From Felis catus (taxonomy: Eukaryota), in assembly GCF_018350175.1 (NCBI RefSeq), contig NC_058368.1, positions 213,778,001 through 213,842,000 of the forward strand: DNA of 64,000 nucleotides, read 5' to 3'. Of this stretch, positions 37,458 through 51,019 are shown piece by piece. Both the position numbers and the translations under genes were made by a program. The notes under the pieces were generated by a model, which had not been told where the DNA came from, did no database searches, and worked only from the letters and a program-made list of their open reading frames with translations. Position 1 is the first letter of the stretch, and the number at the start of each line of letters is the position of its first letter.

Positions 37458-38233
37458 TCAGCTTTAATTAACATAACCAGTACTGTGCAATCAGCATATC
37501 TAAAGAGAAGCTATTTTAGTTCCACATACACATCGGTTTTGTTTTCTAGTTGGCCGGTGTCTTTATTTTGAATTTGCACAAGAGCTAAGACATGGGGCTT
37601 TTCTTGGGTCTATCATACTGGTATAGTTGTAAAAGATATGTTCCTTCCAGAAGTTGGGAAGCTTGTGTCCTCCCCATTGGCTGTTCCAATTCAATCAGAT
37701 CACCAGGCTTCTAAATTGGTAGACTATTTACGTAAGGTATTTCCTAACTCCTCCTTTTGTGCACAACACATTCTCATTCCAAACTCCTATCTCCCCTGCT
37801 GATTATTCTCCTTGTTCTGTTCTGCTCTACTTACTTATGAAAAGGCATCATTCTAAGTGAATCATATGCTATTTTTGCTCCTTCATCAGATACTTTGACT
37901 TCCAGATATCTTCATTTAATTATCTCCAAAAAAGAGCAATCATAAAAATAAACATATTACTAGTCTCTCTTCTGTTATGTAGTTGTTGTTTTCTTTTTTC
38001 TAATGTTATGTTCACTCCTTATTGTCTCTTTTGCCAATCTCAGCACCTGTCTTTACTGGAACAGCTAAAATGGACACGGAAATAAAAGTCCCGTAATGAT
38101 ACCCAGCCTACAAAAGCAACAGACCAGTGCTGTGTTCTGTGGCCAATCACAGTAACACAGCCCAGTGCGGGGTTACCTCAGGCAAGCTTCTTTCAGATGG
38201 GGACAATAAGACCTGCCTTTAAAGATGTCATTC

Positions 38234-38469
38234 GGGGGGGGGGGGGGGACGCCTGGGTGGCTCAGTCAGTTAAGCGTCCGACTTCAGCTCAGGTCATGAT
38301 CTCGTGGTTTGTGAGTTCGAGCCCCGTGTCCGGCTCTGTGCTGACAGCTCAGAGCCTGGAGCCTGTTTCAGATTCTGTGTCTCCCTCTCTCTGACCCTCC
38401 CCCGTTCATGCTCTGTCTCTCTCTGTCTCAAAAATAAATGTTAAAAAAAAAATTAAAAAAAAAAAAAAA
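38234..38469 (+). mobile_element. CanSINE with 5' G run expanded to G15
   Basis: Near-consensus body, A tail; flanks aaagatgtcattc / aaagatcattc. Confidence 0.96.
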
Positions 38470-38918
38470 GATCATTCAGGTCTTGAGTCCCCAGTGAAAT
38501 CATAGATGCAAAACTACTTTGAAAAAATTTAAAGGTCTCTTCATGTGAGAGAAGGTGAGAGCAATAGCTCTTTGAATGACAATTTCAGTTTGTCACAGAA
38601 AATACATGACTAAGATGATTTACATTTCATCTCAGTGTCCAGCAAGAATCACCAAGGGCAGTAGATAAGGCAGTCGATAAATCATCATTAACGACTTATC
38701 TGCATGATATATGAACTAGTGGGCCAGACATAAGAAATGAATTTTGTATCTCTGCTGTGTTCAAGAGTGATGCACTGGTCAATGAAGCCCACAGAAAGTA
38801 GAACCTTGAAGAAATGATACAATGGACTTCAAAAACCAGTCATTGTCTGTTGGAAAATATATAAGAACAGTTCATTTTTGTTTGTTTTAGCAAATGCTAA
38901 TAGTGACCTCCTTCTTTC

Positions 38919-39157
38919 TTTGTTTTAATGTTTATTTATTTGGCGGGGAGGGGCAGAGAGAGAGGGAAAGAGAGAATCCCATGAAGGGCAGAGAGAGAGA
39001 GAGAGAGAGGGAGAGAAAGAGGCTGAGAGAGACGGGGACAGAGGATCCACAAAGCAGACTCTGTGCTGACAGTAGAGAGCCTGATGTGGACTCCACTTCA
39101 CAAGCCTTGAGATCATGACCTAAGCCAAATTCAGGCACTTTACTGACTGAGCCACCC
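38919..39157 (-). mobile_element. CanSINE
   Basis: Reverse SINE with expanded (GA)n; TSD AGTGACCTCCTTCTTT. Confidence 0.92.
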
Positions 39158-40097
39158 AGTGACCTCCTTCTTTCTAATTGCCCATCTGAGTGGGTTCGTC
39201 TAAGTCTGCTCCTTAAAAGAGCCCCAGGGATCATCCTCTTGGTTGGCCTTTATTTAAGTCACGGGGTCCTTCTCATTTCTGTTTAATAGGACACCATTAA
39301 AAAAATATTTAAATGCTCATTTTCTCTATTTGTGAAGTTTTCCCATGAATCCAGGGAGCAATGAATCATCTTTTCTGCTTTACTATGTACTTACAACAAA
39401 GCAAATAACCTAAATTGCTTTTAAATAATTTGTTTTTGTAACTTAGACAATCAGACCACCTAGAAATAGAAACAAGAGAATGAAAGCCAACACAAGACGA
39501 CAAGATCTCAGAATTTGAGAGCCCAAAGGAGACTCCTTAGGAATCAACTTGCCCTGCTTTGGAAATCTCCCCATCATTTTGCAAATGCTAATTCTGCCTA
39601 TTTAATGCCTGTTTTTCACAATCAAGAGGATGTATCTCAGGACTATGGGCTCTGAGGATAGAGAGACTGACTTCAAAGATTGGGGACAGCCATAGTCCCT
39701 GGTCATCGAAGGGTGCACACATATCTCTGTGTCGTGCCAGAGTAGAGGAAATATTCTCCAAAGAAGGCAGCAGACCTATAAATTAATTCCTTATGATAAA
39801 TTCGAAATGCTCCTTAAAGAATGATGTTTTTCTTATTAAAGTCTTTTGAGACATGTACCATCAGTCAGAATGTCATAGGGCTTATCAATATTGTATCTCC
39901 AGCATGAATTTGCAAGAAAGTGCTTTTAGAGATCAAAAAAGTTCACAGAAAATATAGTAATAGAGAGCATCTATGTAGCTGAATTTCCCCAAGTTTGCTT
40001 CTTTGCATGCATATATTTTTCTAACCAGGCCTCACAATCTACTACAAAACTGAACTTTTTTTTCTGGAATTAATTGCAAATCTTTTTTTCTAAAATT

Positions 40098-40493
40098 TGG
40101 GGCGCCTGGGTGGCTCAGTCGGTAAGCGTCCAACTTCGGCTCAGGTCATGATTTTGCAGTCTGTGAATTCGAGCCCCGCGTCGGGCTCTGTGCTGACAGT
40201 TCAGAGCCTGGAGCTTGCTTCGGATTCTGTGTCTCCCTCTCTCTCTGCCCCTGCCCCACTCACACTCTGTCTCTCTCACACAAATAAATAAACATTAAAA
40301 AAATTTTTTTTAATAAAAAATAAAATTAAAGTGGGGGCACCTGGGTGGCTCAGTTGGTGAGGTGTCCGACTTTGGCTCAGGTCATGATGTCACAGTTTGT
40401 GAGTTTGAGCCCCGTGTCGGGCTCTGTGCTGACAGCTCAGAGCCTGGAGCCTGCTTCAGATTCTGTGTCTCCCTCCTCTCTGCCTTTCCCCTG

Positions 40494-40524
<31 letters not shown>

Positions 40525-40548
40525 CAAAATAAACATTGAAAAAAATTA
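40098..40548 (+). mobile_element. Two tandem CanSINEs (about 40098-40320 and 40333-40548)
   Basis: Two complete head-body-(CT)n-A-tail units. Confidence 0.96.
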
Positions 40549-40588
40549 TGGTCCCATAGATAATACCATTTCACATTAGAGTCTTCTG

Positions 40589-40741
40589 CTGGGCCAGCAC
40601 CAGGGTGAGGTACGAGAGGAGCCTAGGCTACAAAATATAGAGAAGCACTCGCTCTTAGGGTTGGGCTCTCACTCTCTGGGGCGTGCCTAATCCTGACAGT
40701 GCCCTAGGCACATCTCTTGCCTCGCTCCAGCTCTGGCCTTG
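40589..40741. mobile_element. MER96-like palindromic hAT MITE
   Basis: 'gggccagcaccagggtgagg..gcctaggctacaaaat..gcactcgctcttaggg' mirrored by 'gccctaggca..cttgcctcgctccagctctggcc'. Confidence 0.65.
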
Positions 40742-41099
40742 GTTCTCTGACGGGATGCACAGAATGCAGAAGACGCCTGAGAGGTTTGGATGCTGACTCG
40801 GCAGGGAGAAGTGCAGCAATGGTGATTAATAGAACAACCGTTGAGGAGTGGTTTCGGTTTTGCCAACATCCCGCAGGGGTGACCTGGGGCCAGCTGGGGC
40901 CAGATAGCAGCCCCATGATGCAATGCTACACTCGCCGCCCTGCCTCCCACCTCGTAGGTGACCGACCGCACACCTGATGCCAAGCATGACCACCAACACT
41001 TCACAGACCATCCGGAGAGGCAGGCCTGGCACTACCACGTCCACTTTCTATTTTCTACGTCTCAACTGAATTATGGTAAGCTTGAATGCTCAGAAGCTT

Positions 41100-43020
41100 C
41101 CAAGACACATTGGAGATGTAAGTGTGCCTTCTTCACTTTTGCATTAGTCCATCCCTACTATGAGGCTTTTTTGGTGATCTGCCACTCGCCATGCTCTCAG
41201 ATCCACGATATTCTGTTTCCGCTCCAACACAATTTCCTCCCCTGTACCGCCAACTGGCACTCCATCATCAAGTCTCTCCATTTCCTCACCCTCTTCTCTA
41301 AACACTCTTTCCTCCAGACTCTCACCCTCCAAGGAAGACACAGCTTCCCCTGCAGCTCTTTCCAGTGGAGTCTGTTTGTTTGGGTACCACAAACATTACC
41401 TCGTGACCCAAGGCCAGGGACGGTGCAAGGACCCCGTGCCTTTGGTCTATGGTCTATCATTTCCATCACTCTCTTATCTAAAGTGTCTTGTGCCTTGGTT
41501 GCACCTACCTGGAAAAGTCCAATCCAGGATGAAACTGGCCCTTCCCTGCACCAATACCTGGCAGTTGAAGAACTGATGGAGAAAAAAACCAGACCTGGGT
41601 AGATGGTGAACTTCTGGATGCCTATCACAACTGGCTCTACACAGTGTCCAGCTACTGTTTCTCTAGTCAACCCACTCTCCCATTGATACAGTAAGTATTT
41701 CAAACCTTCCTCACCATGTTCAAATTCCTGACTCCTCCTGTCTTATCCTTGTCTTACCCTCTTTTTAACTGAAGATGGCCTTGCTTTCTAATTCTCAGAT
41801 AAAATAAAAGTTATGAGATAAGGACTCTTTTAACACTCTACCTCATGATTGATAGATCTTTCTCAAATCAACACCCACCTTCCTCTTCCTTCTTTCAAGG
41901 AGCATCTCTCCACTTGGATATCCTGTAGATGCCTCAAACTATTGTAAGTATGAACTGAACTTAATGTTCTTTCCCCCCAAAATTCTATTCTATTGTTGAC
42001 CATCCCAGTAAACAAAGCTCTAATACTCCTACTGTCCAAATCAAAAGCCTCAGTGTCCCTCACCCTTCACCTCCAAAAGGTACATCCTATCAATTCTTTC
42101 TCAAGTACCTGTAGGCTCTATCACTCTGATCCAAGCTACCTTTATCTTTTGTCTACACCAGGGGCTGGCAATTGAGTTTTATTGGGACACAGCCGTGATC
42201 ATTCATTTATGGATTGTCTATGGCTGCTTGCACTACAAGGGTGAGCTGAGTCATTGCCACAGAAACCATATGGCCCACAAAGCATAAAATATTTACTTTC
42301 TTGTCCTTTATAGAGAAAGTTTGCCAATCCAACCCTTGATCTACACTATTGCAGGAACTTCCTAAAAATGCACTTTGCATCAGGCCTCGTATTCTGTTTT
42401 CAGGCTCATGACCCATACTACAGTTGGTCATCTTTTAAAAACCTCATATCACCATGCTTGGAGTTCTTCACTGCATGAGCATCATGCTTGGGATGAAATG
42501 CAGTGTCCCTAGCCTAGCTTGCTTGGCCCCATGTGATTGACCCCTGTCTACCTGTCATTTGCACCTTGTACTACTCTGCCTCTTGCTTGCCAAACCCAGC
42601 AGTGCTATCTGCCTTTCAGATCCATGTATCAAGCTCTTTCATTCCACAGAACCTGGAAAATTTTGTTTCCTCTGCTTTAGAGGCTCTTTTCCTTCCTCAA
42701 TTTGCCCCTCATCCCATTCTTATTTATTCTTCAGGACTCTGCTTAGACCTCACTTCCTCTAGGAAATCTTCTCTTTCTCCCAGGTCAGGTGCCCTGTTTC
42801 ATGGCACTATGTACTTTTCTTTTAAAACATTTGTCTCAGTTGCTCTTCATTCTTTGTGAGATTATTTTTTTAATGTTTGCTTTTTTATACAGACTGCAGG
42901 TATTATGATAGAAAATCTTTGTATGTCTGGTTCAGAAATGTAATATTTAGTTCTTGACATAGTGCCTGGCACAAGATAAGTACTCAGAAAATATTTGTTG
43001 AATAAATGGATGAATAGCAA
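41100..43020 (+). mobile_element. Long fragmented L2 remnant (internal ORF2 region to 3' tail) with nested MER58
   Basis: Pyrimidine-rich L2 motifs, e.g. 'catctctccacttggatatcctgtagatgcctcaaact'; ends 'atagtgcctggcacaagataagtactcagaaaatatttgttgaataaatggatgaa'. Confidence 0.7.
42159..42336. mobile_element. MER58A-like hAT-Charlie element
   Basis: 'ttttattgggacacagcc..cattcatttat..ttgtctatggctgct..atatggcccacaaagc.taaaatatttact..aaagtttgcca'. Confidence 0.85.
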
Positions 43021-43287
43021 ACACATAATACAGTGCTCATGATACTGAGAGGTAATATACACATACCATTTAGTTAATTGCCTCATACTGGCAAAATTGT
43101 ATTATTATGCTCTCACTTTGAATTGCTTCTGGACTTCTTTATTTAACAAAAAGGAGTACCTAAAAAGCATTTTATTCTTGTAGCATGCAGCATGAATTGT
43201 TTTTCAATTGATTTCTTCTATCTGGCTGGCTATCACAAGCATATTTGATTTTTCATCAGTGTGAGACTTCTAAAAACCAATGTATCT

Positions 43288-43505
43288 GGGGTGTCTGGGT
43301 GGCTCAGTCAGTTAAGCATCTGACTCAAGTCATAATCCAGCACAGTTGTGAGATTGAGCCCCATGTCAGGCTCTGAGCTGACAGTGCAGAGTCTGCTTGG
43401 GATTCTCTCTCCTTTTCTCTGTGCTCCTCCCCTGCTCGCATACTCTCTTCTCTCAAATTAAATAAATAAACTCTAAAACCAAAACAAACAAAACAAAACA
43501 AAACA
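43288..43505 (+). mobile_element. CanSINE
   Basis: Head, (CAAAA)n tail, TSD ACCAATGTATC. Confidence 0.94.
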
Positions 43506-43545
43506 CCAATGTATCCAATCCTGGAAGCCAAAAGTCACACTAACG

Positions 43546-44014
43546 TGTTTCCTAGGCTAGATAGCCCCTGCTTGCCCTCCAGATCCACTTTCCACCATTC
43601 ATTCTGCTCTGTGCCTTGGAACCTGACCTCTTGTGCTCCTCCCAGTTTCTTGCCTTCTGGTTAGGGCACCACCAACAGGACATTGGAGGCAGGATAGCAA
43701 GAAGGCATTGATTTCTTTGGCTCCTCATTTGGGCTGTGGGTGACAGTCACTCTGCTTCTCTACCTAACTTCCTAGCTCCTATCAGGGGACTGCTCTAATC
43801 CATCACTCTTACCAGGCCCTCTCTCTGTAGGAACTCCTTCCTCTCGCTTATTCTGGCCTACAGTAATTAGGCTCACTGCAGTTGCTAGCCTTGGCATGCT
43901 TCATTATCCTTTTTTTGTTTTCCGTAACTTGTCCACACCTTTGTCAATTAAAATCTCCCCAATTATTCCTGTGTGAGTGTGCTGTCTGTTTTCTGATAGG
44001 ACCCTGACTCACAC
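43546..44014 (+). mobile_element. ERVL solo LTR, LTR33-like
   Basis: 'cttgccctccagatccactttccacc..ctgctctgtgcc' through 'gtgagtgtgctgtctgttttctgataggaccctgactcacaca'. Confidence 0.7.
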
Positions 44015-44924
44015 AACTCCATTGCCTAAATAAATATAATGAAATCACATCAAGACATTTTCATGTGCTTTTCTGGATCTCTCAGCTACCTCTCAGACAG
44101 TCTGCACTCTTGGCTGATATGAGCTTAGGTGTCATTATCCTCATTTCTCAGGTAGATAACAGGAGTCTGGAAGCAATCAAAGTAAGAGATAGATCTACAA
44201 TTCCAGAGCTTGGTGGTGGCAGAGTCAAAGCTACACATCAACTCTGAACCTTACACATCAAATTCAGAGCTGTATCTTGGCTACTTCCCTCCCAGAGGAC
44301 CACCTGCCAGGATCTGTACAGCTAGGATCCCAGATAAATCACTCTTAGTGACAAACCTCTCTGCAGTGAGTCTAATCCAGGTGAACTCTGAAGCTGGTGG
44401 GTGTGCAGTTGGCTCTGTGCCCCAATTTGGAGCAGGTCTGGGAAGCATTCCCAGATGGCTCTTGGATGCCATTACTTTTTCTGGCTGCATTCCTGGGGGA
44501 GGTGGGGATACACACATAGGTCTCCTAGCTGCAAACCCAAGCAAAGAGCACACTGTCATATCTTTAGCAAATGATAGCACACAAACACAGAGAGCCAAAG
44601 GACTAAAGAGAGACATATCTACCAGGCTAAACTAATTTGCTCTTTAGAGCTAAGGGACAGCCAGTGTAGAAGATTCTCTATCTTCTTCTTCATGAAAGCC
44701 AGTGCTCAAGTCTTTGAGCACATCACAGACAACCCTTCATTCCATCCTCTCAATTTCCTCCTCTGGAATATGGAGTTTCCTTCTCTGGAAAATTGTTTAA
44801 AAGGGGAGCAATTACCCATTAAGGTGAGCAAAAATCTCCATGGGCTTTCATTTTAAAACCTCAAATACAAAACTATTACTGATTTTTCTCTTTGGGGGGA
44901 GAAGAGGCAGGTCCCATAGAGAGA

Positions 44925-45170
44925 CAGTATGAGTCATAGTTAAAAGTATAGACTCTGGAGCCAGACTACCTGGGTTTGAATCTCAATTCTGCCACTAACT
45001 AGTGATGTGATCTTGGGAAAGTAATTTAACCTAACCTCTCTGTGCTTCTGTTTCTTTATCTGTAAAGTAGGAATAATGATAGTATCTACTTCATAGTGTT
45101 GACATGAAGATTAAATGAGTGATTATAAGGAAAGCACTTTGAACATAGCCTAGTAAGACTATCTATACAA
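44925..45170 (+). mobile_element. MIR, near full length (further MIR fragments near 1850, 3280, 7900, 15250, 22880, 53450)
   Basis: 'gactctggagccagactacctgggtttgaatctcaattctgccactaactag..ctctctgtgcttctgtttctttatctgtaaagtagg'. Confidence 0.88.
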
Positions 45171-46111
45171 GGTAGTTGAATAAAGTTGTTTCAGTAATTA
45201 TCCATATATCTCTAGATAGACACATCTGGAGTACTGACCAGTCCATGATTTTTTATTTTTTTATTTTTTTATTTTTTTATTTTTTTTGCTTGTGGCCCAA
45301 ATAACTTCTAGGATGAAATAACAAATTCTAAAGAGGCTTTGTTAAGCACTGCCAATCATTAGATCAAAGGAATTTGGCTTGTGTCTTAACTGTCATCAGG
45401 AAGAGAATATACCCGGGATGCTAATAATTGGAAAAGCACGTCCTGCTATGTGACTCAGCCTGGCAAGCTCATCAGTTATGCCCCAAGAATAAAGGGGAGC
45501 ACCAGGTGGCCTTACCTGCAGGACTGAGCCAGAATGATGAAATGCCTTTTAAGCAGGCCATCCATCACTGATAACTGAAGAGCTGGTATGAGTCCCTATC
45601 CGTCATTCACAAAAGTCTTTTCATTTGGGCCTCTGTCTCACAAGGCAGCACATTTTTGTGCTTCTTAGTGGCTGAATTAGTGTGTGCTCTTCCCTCTCCT
45701 GTCTTCGTAGAGTTCCTATTGGAAATCAGTGACCAAGCCAGTTTTCCATAAGTAAGCTCTGGTTTTCTCTACTGGCTCTCGATTAAAGCACAAGTCCTCC
45801 AGGTCTGAGGAGGAGCTCAGCAGAGGCTCTCTACAGCAGGATCTCCTCCTCTTACGGAAGTCCTTATTGACTGATGTGTTTAATGAAAACATTTCAGTTC
45901 CCCTGAGAAGTCAAGAGTTCATAAAAGTGACTGTCCTTTCATAACTCACTAATAGTGGACAACTTTTATTAAGTACTTACTGTATGCTGGGCACTATGCC
46001 AAACACTTTATATAACATTCTCATTTATTCTCACAATCATCCTATAAGATAGCACAAAAGTTTGTTATCTGAGTCCCTAGAGCAGCACTGGCCTATAGAA
46101 ATGTAATCTGA

Positions 46112-46327
46112 GGGGCACCTGGGTGGCTCAGTCCGCTGAGCGTCCGACTTCGGCTTGGTCGTGATCTCGTGGTTCGTGAGTTTGAGCCCCATGTCGGGTT
46201 CTGTGCTGACAGCTCAGAGCCTGGAGCCTGCTTTGGATTCTGTGTCTCCCCCTCTCCCTTCCCCTCCCATGCTCATGCTCTGCCTCTCTCTGTCTCTCAA
46301 CAATAAATAAACATTAAAAAAAAAAAG
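46112..46327 (+). mobile_element. CanSINE
   Basis: TSD agaaatgtaat(c/t)tgag. Confidence 0.96.
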
Positions 46328-46420
46328 AAATGTAATTTGAGCCACAAATGTGGCCACATATGTCATTTTGAGTTTTCTAATAGACACGTTATAAAAAGTA
46401 AAAAAGAAACAAGGGAAGCT

Positions 46421-46599
46421 AGTTTTTTTGAGAGAGAGAGAGACAGAGAGAGTGCGAGCAGGGGAGAGGGGCAGAGGGAGAAGAGAGAGAGAATCTCAAG
46501 CAGCCTCCAAACCCATTGCAGATCCATGACCATGAGGATCATGCTCTGAGCCAAAATCAAGAGGCAGACGCTTAACCAACTGAGCCACCCAGATGCCCC
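46421..46599 (-). mobile_element. CanSINE
   Basis: Reverse SINE; TSD ggaagcta(g/a)tttt. Confidence 0.92.
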
Positions 46600-46789
46600 A
46601 AAGGAAGCTAATTTTAAAAATATGTTTTGTTCAACCCAATGTATTTTTGAATCAGCTTTTCAACATGTAATCCATATATAACCCAATGTATTTTAAAATT
46701 GGCATTTCAACATGTAATCCATATAAAAGTTATTAAGGAAATATTTGACATTTTTTTTGTATTCAGTCTTCAAAATCCAAATTCCAATT

Positions 46790-47530
46790 AATAAATGTAG
46801 AAGGAATGAGGGGAATAGAAACTCATCATGTGTCAAACTCCCCAGTAATAATTGTTGTATGCAAGATCTATGAATGCTGTAATAAAGAATGACAATTTGA
46901 GGAAAAATAGGATATTTGTACACTCATATCCCTCAAGATTTATTACTTTCAAAGTGAGAAACAGTACCTTTATAGTGGAGAAACCCTGCAAGCATCATCT
47001 CAACAAAGTGAGCAGAACTAACATCATCACTAATAGGACATATTAGCATTATGTACCCCCAGATAGGATGCACAGAGGATACACACTTCTGAGATTTTAC
47101 CAAAAATCTATAACCTCAACCTAATTGTGAGAAAGCATCAGAAGCATCCCGAATTGAGAAACAGTATATAAACTAACTGGTCAGTACTTTTCCAAAATGT
47201 CAAGGGAATAAAAGATAAGGAAAGACCAAGGAATCCTTGGTTAGGGGGACTTGATTAGGGGGACTAGGGAGATAAAATAACTAAATGCAATGGGGGGTCC
47301 TGGACAGGATCCTGAAATAGAAAAAGAACATCAATGGAAAAACAGGTGCAATTTGAATAAGGTCTATACGTTAGTTAAAAATCATATGCCAATGTTCATG
47401 CCTTGGTTTTGATGATTTACCCTAGTTATGTAAGTTGTTAACATTTGGGGGAATCTGGGTAAAGAATATAGAGTAACTCTACTCTTTCTGTAATTTTTCT
47501 GTAAGTCTGAAACTATTTCAAAATAAAAAA
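46790..47530 (+). mobile_element. L1MC-like 3' end
   Basis: 'cctttatagtggagaaaccctgcaagcatcatctcaacaaagtga', 'actaaatgcaatgg..tcctggacaggatcctg', ending 'aactatttcaaaataaaaa'. Confidence 0.82.
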
Positions 47531-47911
47531 TAAGAGAACACAGTGCATTGCAAATGAAAATGCAAATTGATTACAAATACCTTTGCAATTATTTCAAAAG
47601 ATTCGAGATTCAGTTAACTAAAATTTAAATTAAAAAATTTAAAAAAATAAAAAGATTCAAGAGTCTGTGAAGCTGATATAAGTGTTGAAATAATGCTTAA
47701 AAATTCATGAAAAAACATTGACAAACAAGGTAAAGCAGTTAACATTTGTAGAAGAAAAATCAACAAGGATGGTCACAGGATGTGGGTTTCAAAAAACAAT
47801 GACTTAAATGTCAAGGAATTATGAAAGATCCTTGGAAAAGTGAATGGAGCTTTCTAATATGTTTGCCAAAAACTTCCTGCTGTAAAATTATACATTAAAT
47901 GAAAGCCATTC

Positions 47912-48090
47912 AGGGCACCTGGGTAGTTCAGTTGGTTAAGCGTCTGACTGGCTCAAGTCATGGTCTTACAGTTCATGAGTTCAAGCCCTGCATTGGGTTC
48001 TGTGCTGACAGTGTGGTGCCTGCTTCAGATTCTCTTTCTTCCCCTCTCTGCCCCTCCCCTGTTCATTCTCTCTCTCTCTCTCATAAATAA

Positions 48091-48121
<31 letters not shown>

Positions 48122-48122
48122 A
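47912..48122 (+). mobile_element. CanSINE
   Basis: Head, (CT)n, (TAAA)n tail. Confidence 0.93.
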
Positions 48123-50358
48123 AGCTGTTGTATCATGCCACATATCATTTTAGTTTAAAAATTATGCCAAGTTAGCTATAAGAAATGTATCTGTGTTCAT
48201 GCTTAGAATGAAATGAAAATGTAAATTACAATTGCAATTACAATCTATGTTCTGTTGAATAATATAAAATTTTATTTTCATAATTTGTAGTTCCATTTTT
48301 TTATATTTAAAAAGCCTCACTTAAAATTTTTAATTCATCTTAAATGCCTTGACTTTGATCTATTCCAGCTTCAGTTATTCTTGGATTATGTTCACTTCCT
48401 ATCATTTAATATGAGATCCAGGACTCAAACCCAAGTAATCTGCCCCTCCAGTCCATGCTGGAGTCTCATGCAGTGAGCATACACACTCACTTTGTTTCCA
48501 TTACTTGATAAAACTTCCTCCGAGTCATCCAACAGTTTCATGCCCTTTGTGAGGACAAGGCACCCTGGAACGTTTTCTTCTCTATCACTTTAGGAACTTA
48601 CTGAGAATGGGCAACTTCCATACATCAATGGAAGACAAAGAAGAGAGTGGATATGAATGATCTCATGAACTTCATCAGCTATGTCTGTGTGGCATCTATG
48701 AAATATCCACATTTTATCTCCAACACCCATCAAACCTGTTGAAGATGACATCTATTTTTAAATAAAACCACTGAATCTTAGCACAGAAACTAAATCTTTA
48801 GCCAGTGAAATCGTTCACACTGCCTGCAGTGTTCAAAATGATGAGCCATGATATTTTTAAGTGAGACTGGAAAAGGTTTGAAAGATTGAAGAAAGGAGAT
48901 ATACATCATCAGAAAGGAGCTTCCTTAATTTGAAACTACCAGTAGCAAATGATTTGGACAGAAGACTAATAAATTACAGTGAAGGGTAAGAGGATGCAAG
49001 TACAGAATAGGTGGAAGAAACTTGGAGAAGCCAGGTGAGAAAACATTCTCCAATGGGTCCCAAATATCTGGAGCAAGCGTTGCTTTAGAGGGAAGTGCAC
49101 ACGTACACACATTCACACTCACACAAACACTCCCACGTGACTGAAACTTAGATGATAACAGTGAGGTCATCATTAAAATACAATATTGTAAGTTATCAGT
49201 TTGTCTCTGGCCCTGATCACACCTGAGGTTGGGAGAGAAGGTTGTTTTAGAGAAAAGCTCTCAGTCTTTGGGAATGACTGTTTTCTCTAGGCATACAAGC
49301 TGCCACATGGGTTCATTCAGATTCATCTTTATCTCGAAATGATCCTCAAAACAATTGAAAATTGGATAGTCTTTTAGTAACCTATTGTGCTAACAGTTGG
49401 AGAGATTTCATACTGGGGCCAAGCCAACGTCAGAAACCTGGGCAGTAGGGAGCAACTTCCTTATCAGGATATTGCAACGGCAAAAGCTTTGTGGACCAAT
49501 CTTCTTTTTCCTGAAAGTTGCAAAAAGAGCTGGTTACTTCCTGTTGGTGCTAGGTGGACTAAGATCCCTGTAGGGCCTCTCTCATCCCAACCACAGTGCT
49601 CCTGCCCAATTACCAAGGTAGAAAAGGGATGGGTGGAGAGGGAGTGGCGGTAAGGGTGATGACAAACCCCTTCTTGGTCTCGGTCACATGATACTTGTAG
49701 CTTTTGTTAATTCTTCACAGACCTTCTGGAGATTCCCTTTTTCTGGGCATCCTGCCTGTGATCCCTTGAACTGCACAGTGTGGATACCTCCACGCACTGC
49801 TTGCTACAATCCCCTTGTCAATGGCTCTCTTGACATTTCTTCTCTACATTGACTTCCCAGTCTCACTGATTCTGGGGACTTGGTCACTGTGGTCTCTAGT
49901 TACCAGAGAAAAGTCCCCCATCCCTCTATGCATGATTAGCCACTTCATTCTGCCAAAGGGAAGAAAGACCTGGCCTGTTGTCACCATGCATATCCATCCC
50001 CCTTCACCTACAGCTTCCCAGGGATCAGTCAGAGTTGGGTGGAGGCTGGGGAGGTTAATGCCAATGCAAGCTTCGTTTTTCTAGTGGCTCAACCCATCCT
50101 AGAGCTCTCCACTTACTGGAAGGTGGGATATCCTGACTTTAGTCATCCCTGGGCCAAAGGTTCACAAGTTCTTAGGCATCTTCTATTGTATGTATATGGC
50201 CAAGATGCTTTACTACTCAACTGGGCAACAGTGTCAGGTGAGCACAGCAAGCCAGAGCCGTGGGTCCTCTGTTCTTGCCTGAATGTAGCAGTTGCTAGTA
50301 CCTGGAGAGGCATCAGAATAGAATTGAGGGGCAGCTGCATTGCATTCATGAGGATCAG

Positions 50359-50582
50359 TTTTTTTTTTTAAGAATTTTTTTTAATGTTTATTTTTGAGAG
50401 AAAAAGAGAGAGAGCACAAGCAGGGGAAGGGGCAGAGAGAAAGGAAGACACAGAATCTGAAGCAGGCTCCAGGCTCCAAGCTGTCAGTGCAGAACCCGAT
50501 GCGGGGCTCCAACTCATGAACCACGAGATCATGACCTGAGCTGAAGTCGGATGCTTAACCAACTAAACCACCCAGGTGTCCC
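50359..50582 (-). mobile_element. CanSINE
   Basis: Reverse SINE; TSD TGAGGATCAGTT. Confidence 0.96.
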
Positions 50583-50917
50583 TGTGAGGATCAGTTCTAA
50601 TGAGAAGAAAAGAGAGCAAACAGGCCCAGAGAAAGTTATGCATTTAGAGTCTTCTTAGGGTGTGTAAACTCTGGGAGTCAGAATGACAGTATGGACAGGA
50701 GGAGAACAGAGCTCAAAAGGCAAGAGAGTCTAGATTGCCACTGAGCAGAGAGGAGGTGAGGGCAGCCTCTGAGAGAGAGGGGAGGTGAGGGCAGGCTCTG
50801 AGCAGCGAGGTGGGGGAGGTAGGGAAGAGAGCACTGTAGGTGAGGGGCTAGAAGGTCAGAGTAAGACAAGACAGGGGCTAGGTCAGGTGGTTTGGTAACC
50901 AAAGCCACAAAACAGAG

Positions 50918-50919
50918 TT

Positions 50920-51011
<92 letters not shown>

Positions 51012-51019
51012 TTCTTTCT
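50918..51019. repeat. (TTTC)n tetranucleotide microsatellite
   Basis: Direct reading; about 100 bp, almost uninterrupted. Confidence 0.97.

Larger units (their letters stand above)
46083..46780. mobile_element. MER33-like hAT element split by two CanSINEs
   Basis: 'cagcactggcctatagaaatgtaat..gagccacaaatgtggccacatatg..aaaagtaaaaaagaaaca..aacccaatgta..tttcaacatgtaatc'. Confidence 0.75.

Noticed and set aside
40958..41703. 214-aa and 168-aa ORFs
   Set aside because: They overlap an L2 remnant, resemble no protein I recognise and have no supporting exon structure.
49380..50340. Possible ERVL/MaLR internal remnant on the minus strand
   Set aside because: Only a vague resemblance; I could not read a gag or pol motif. 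A RepeatMasker run would settle it.
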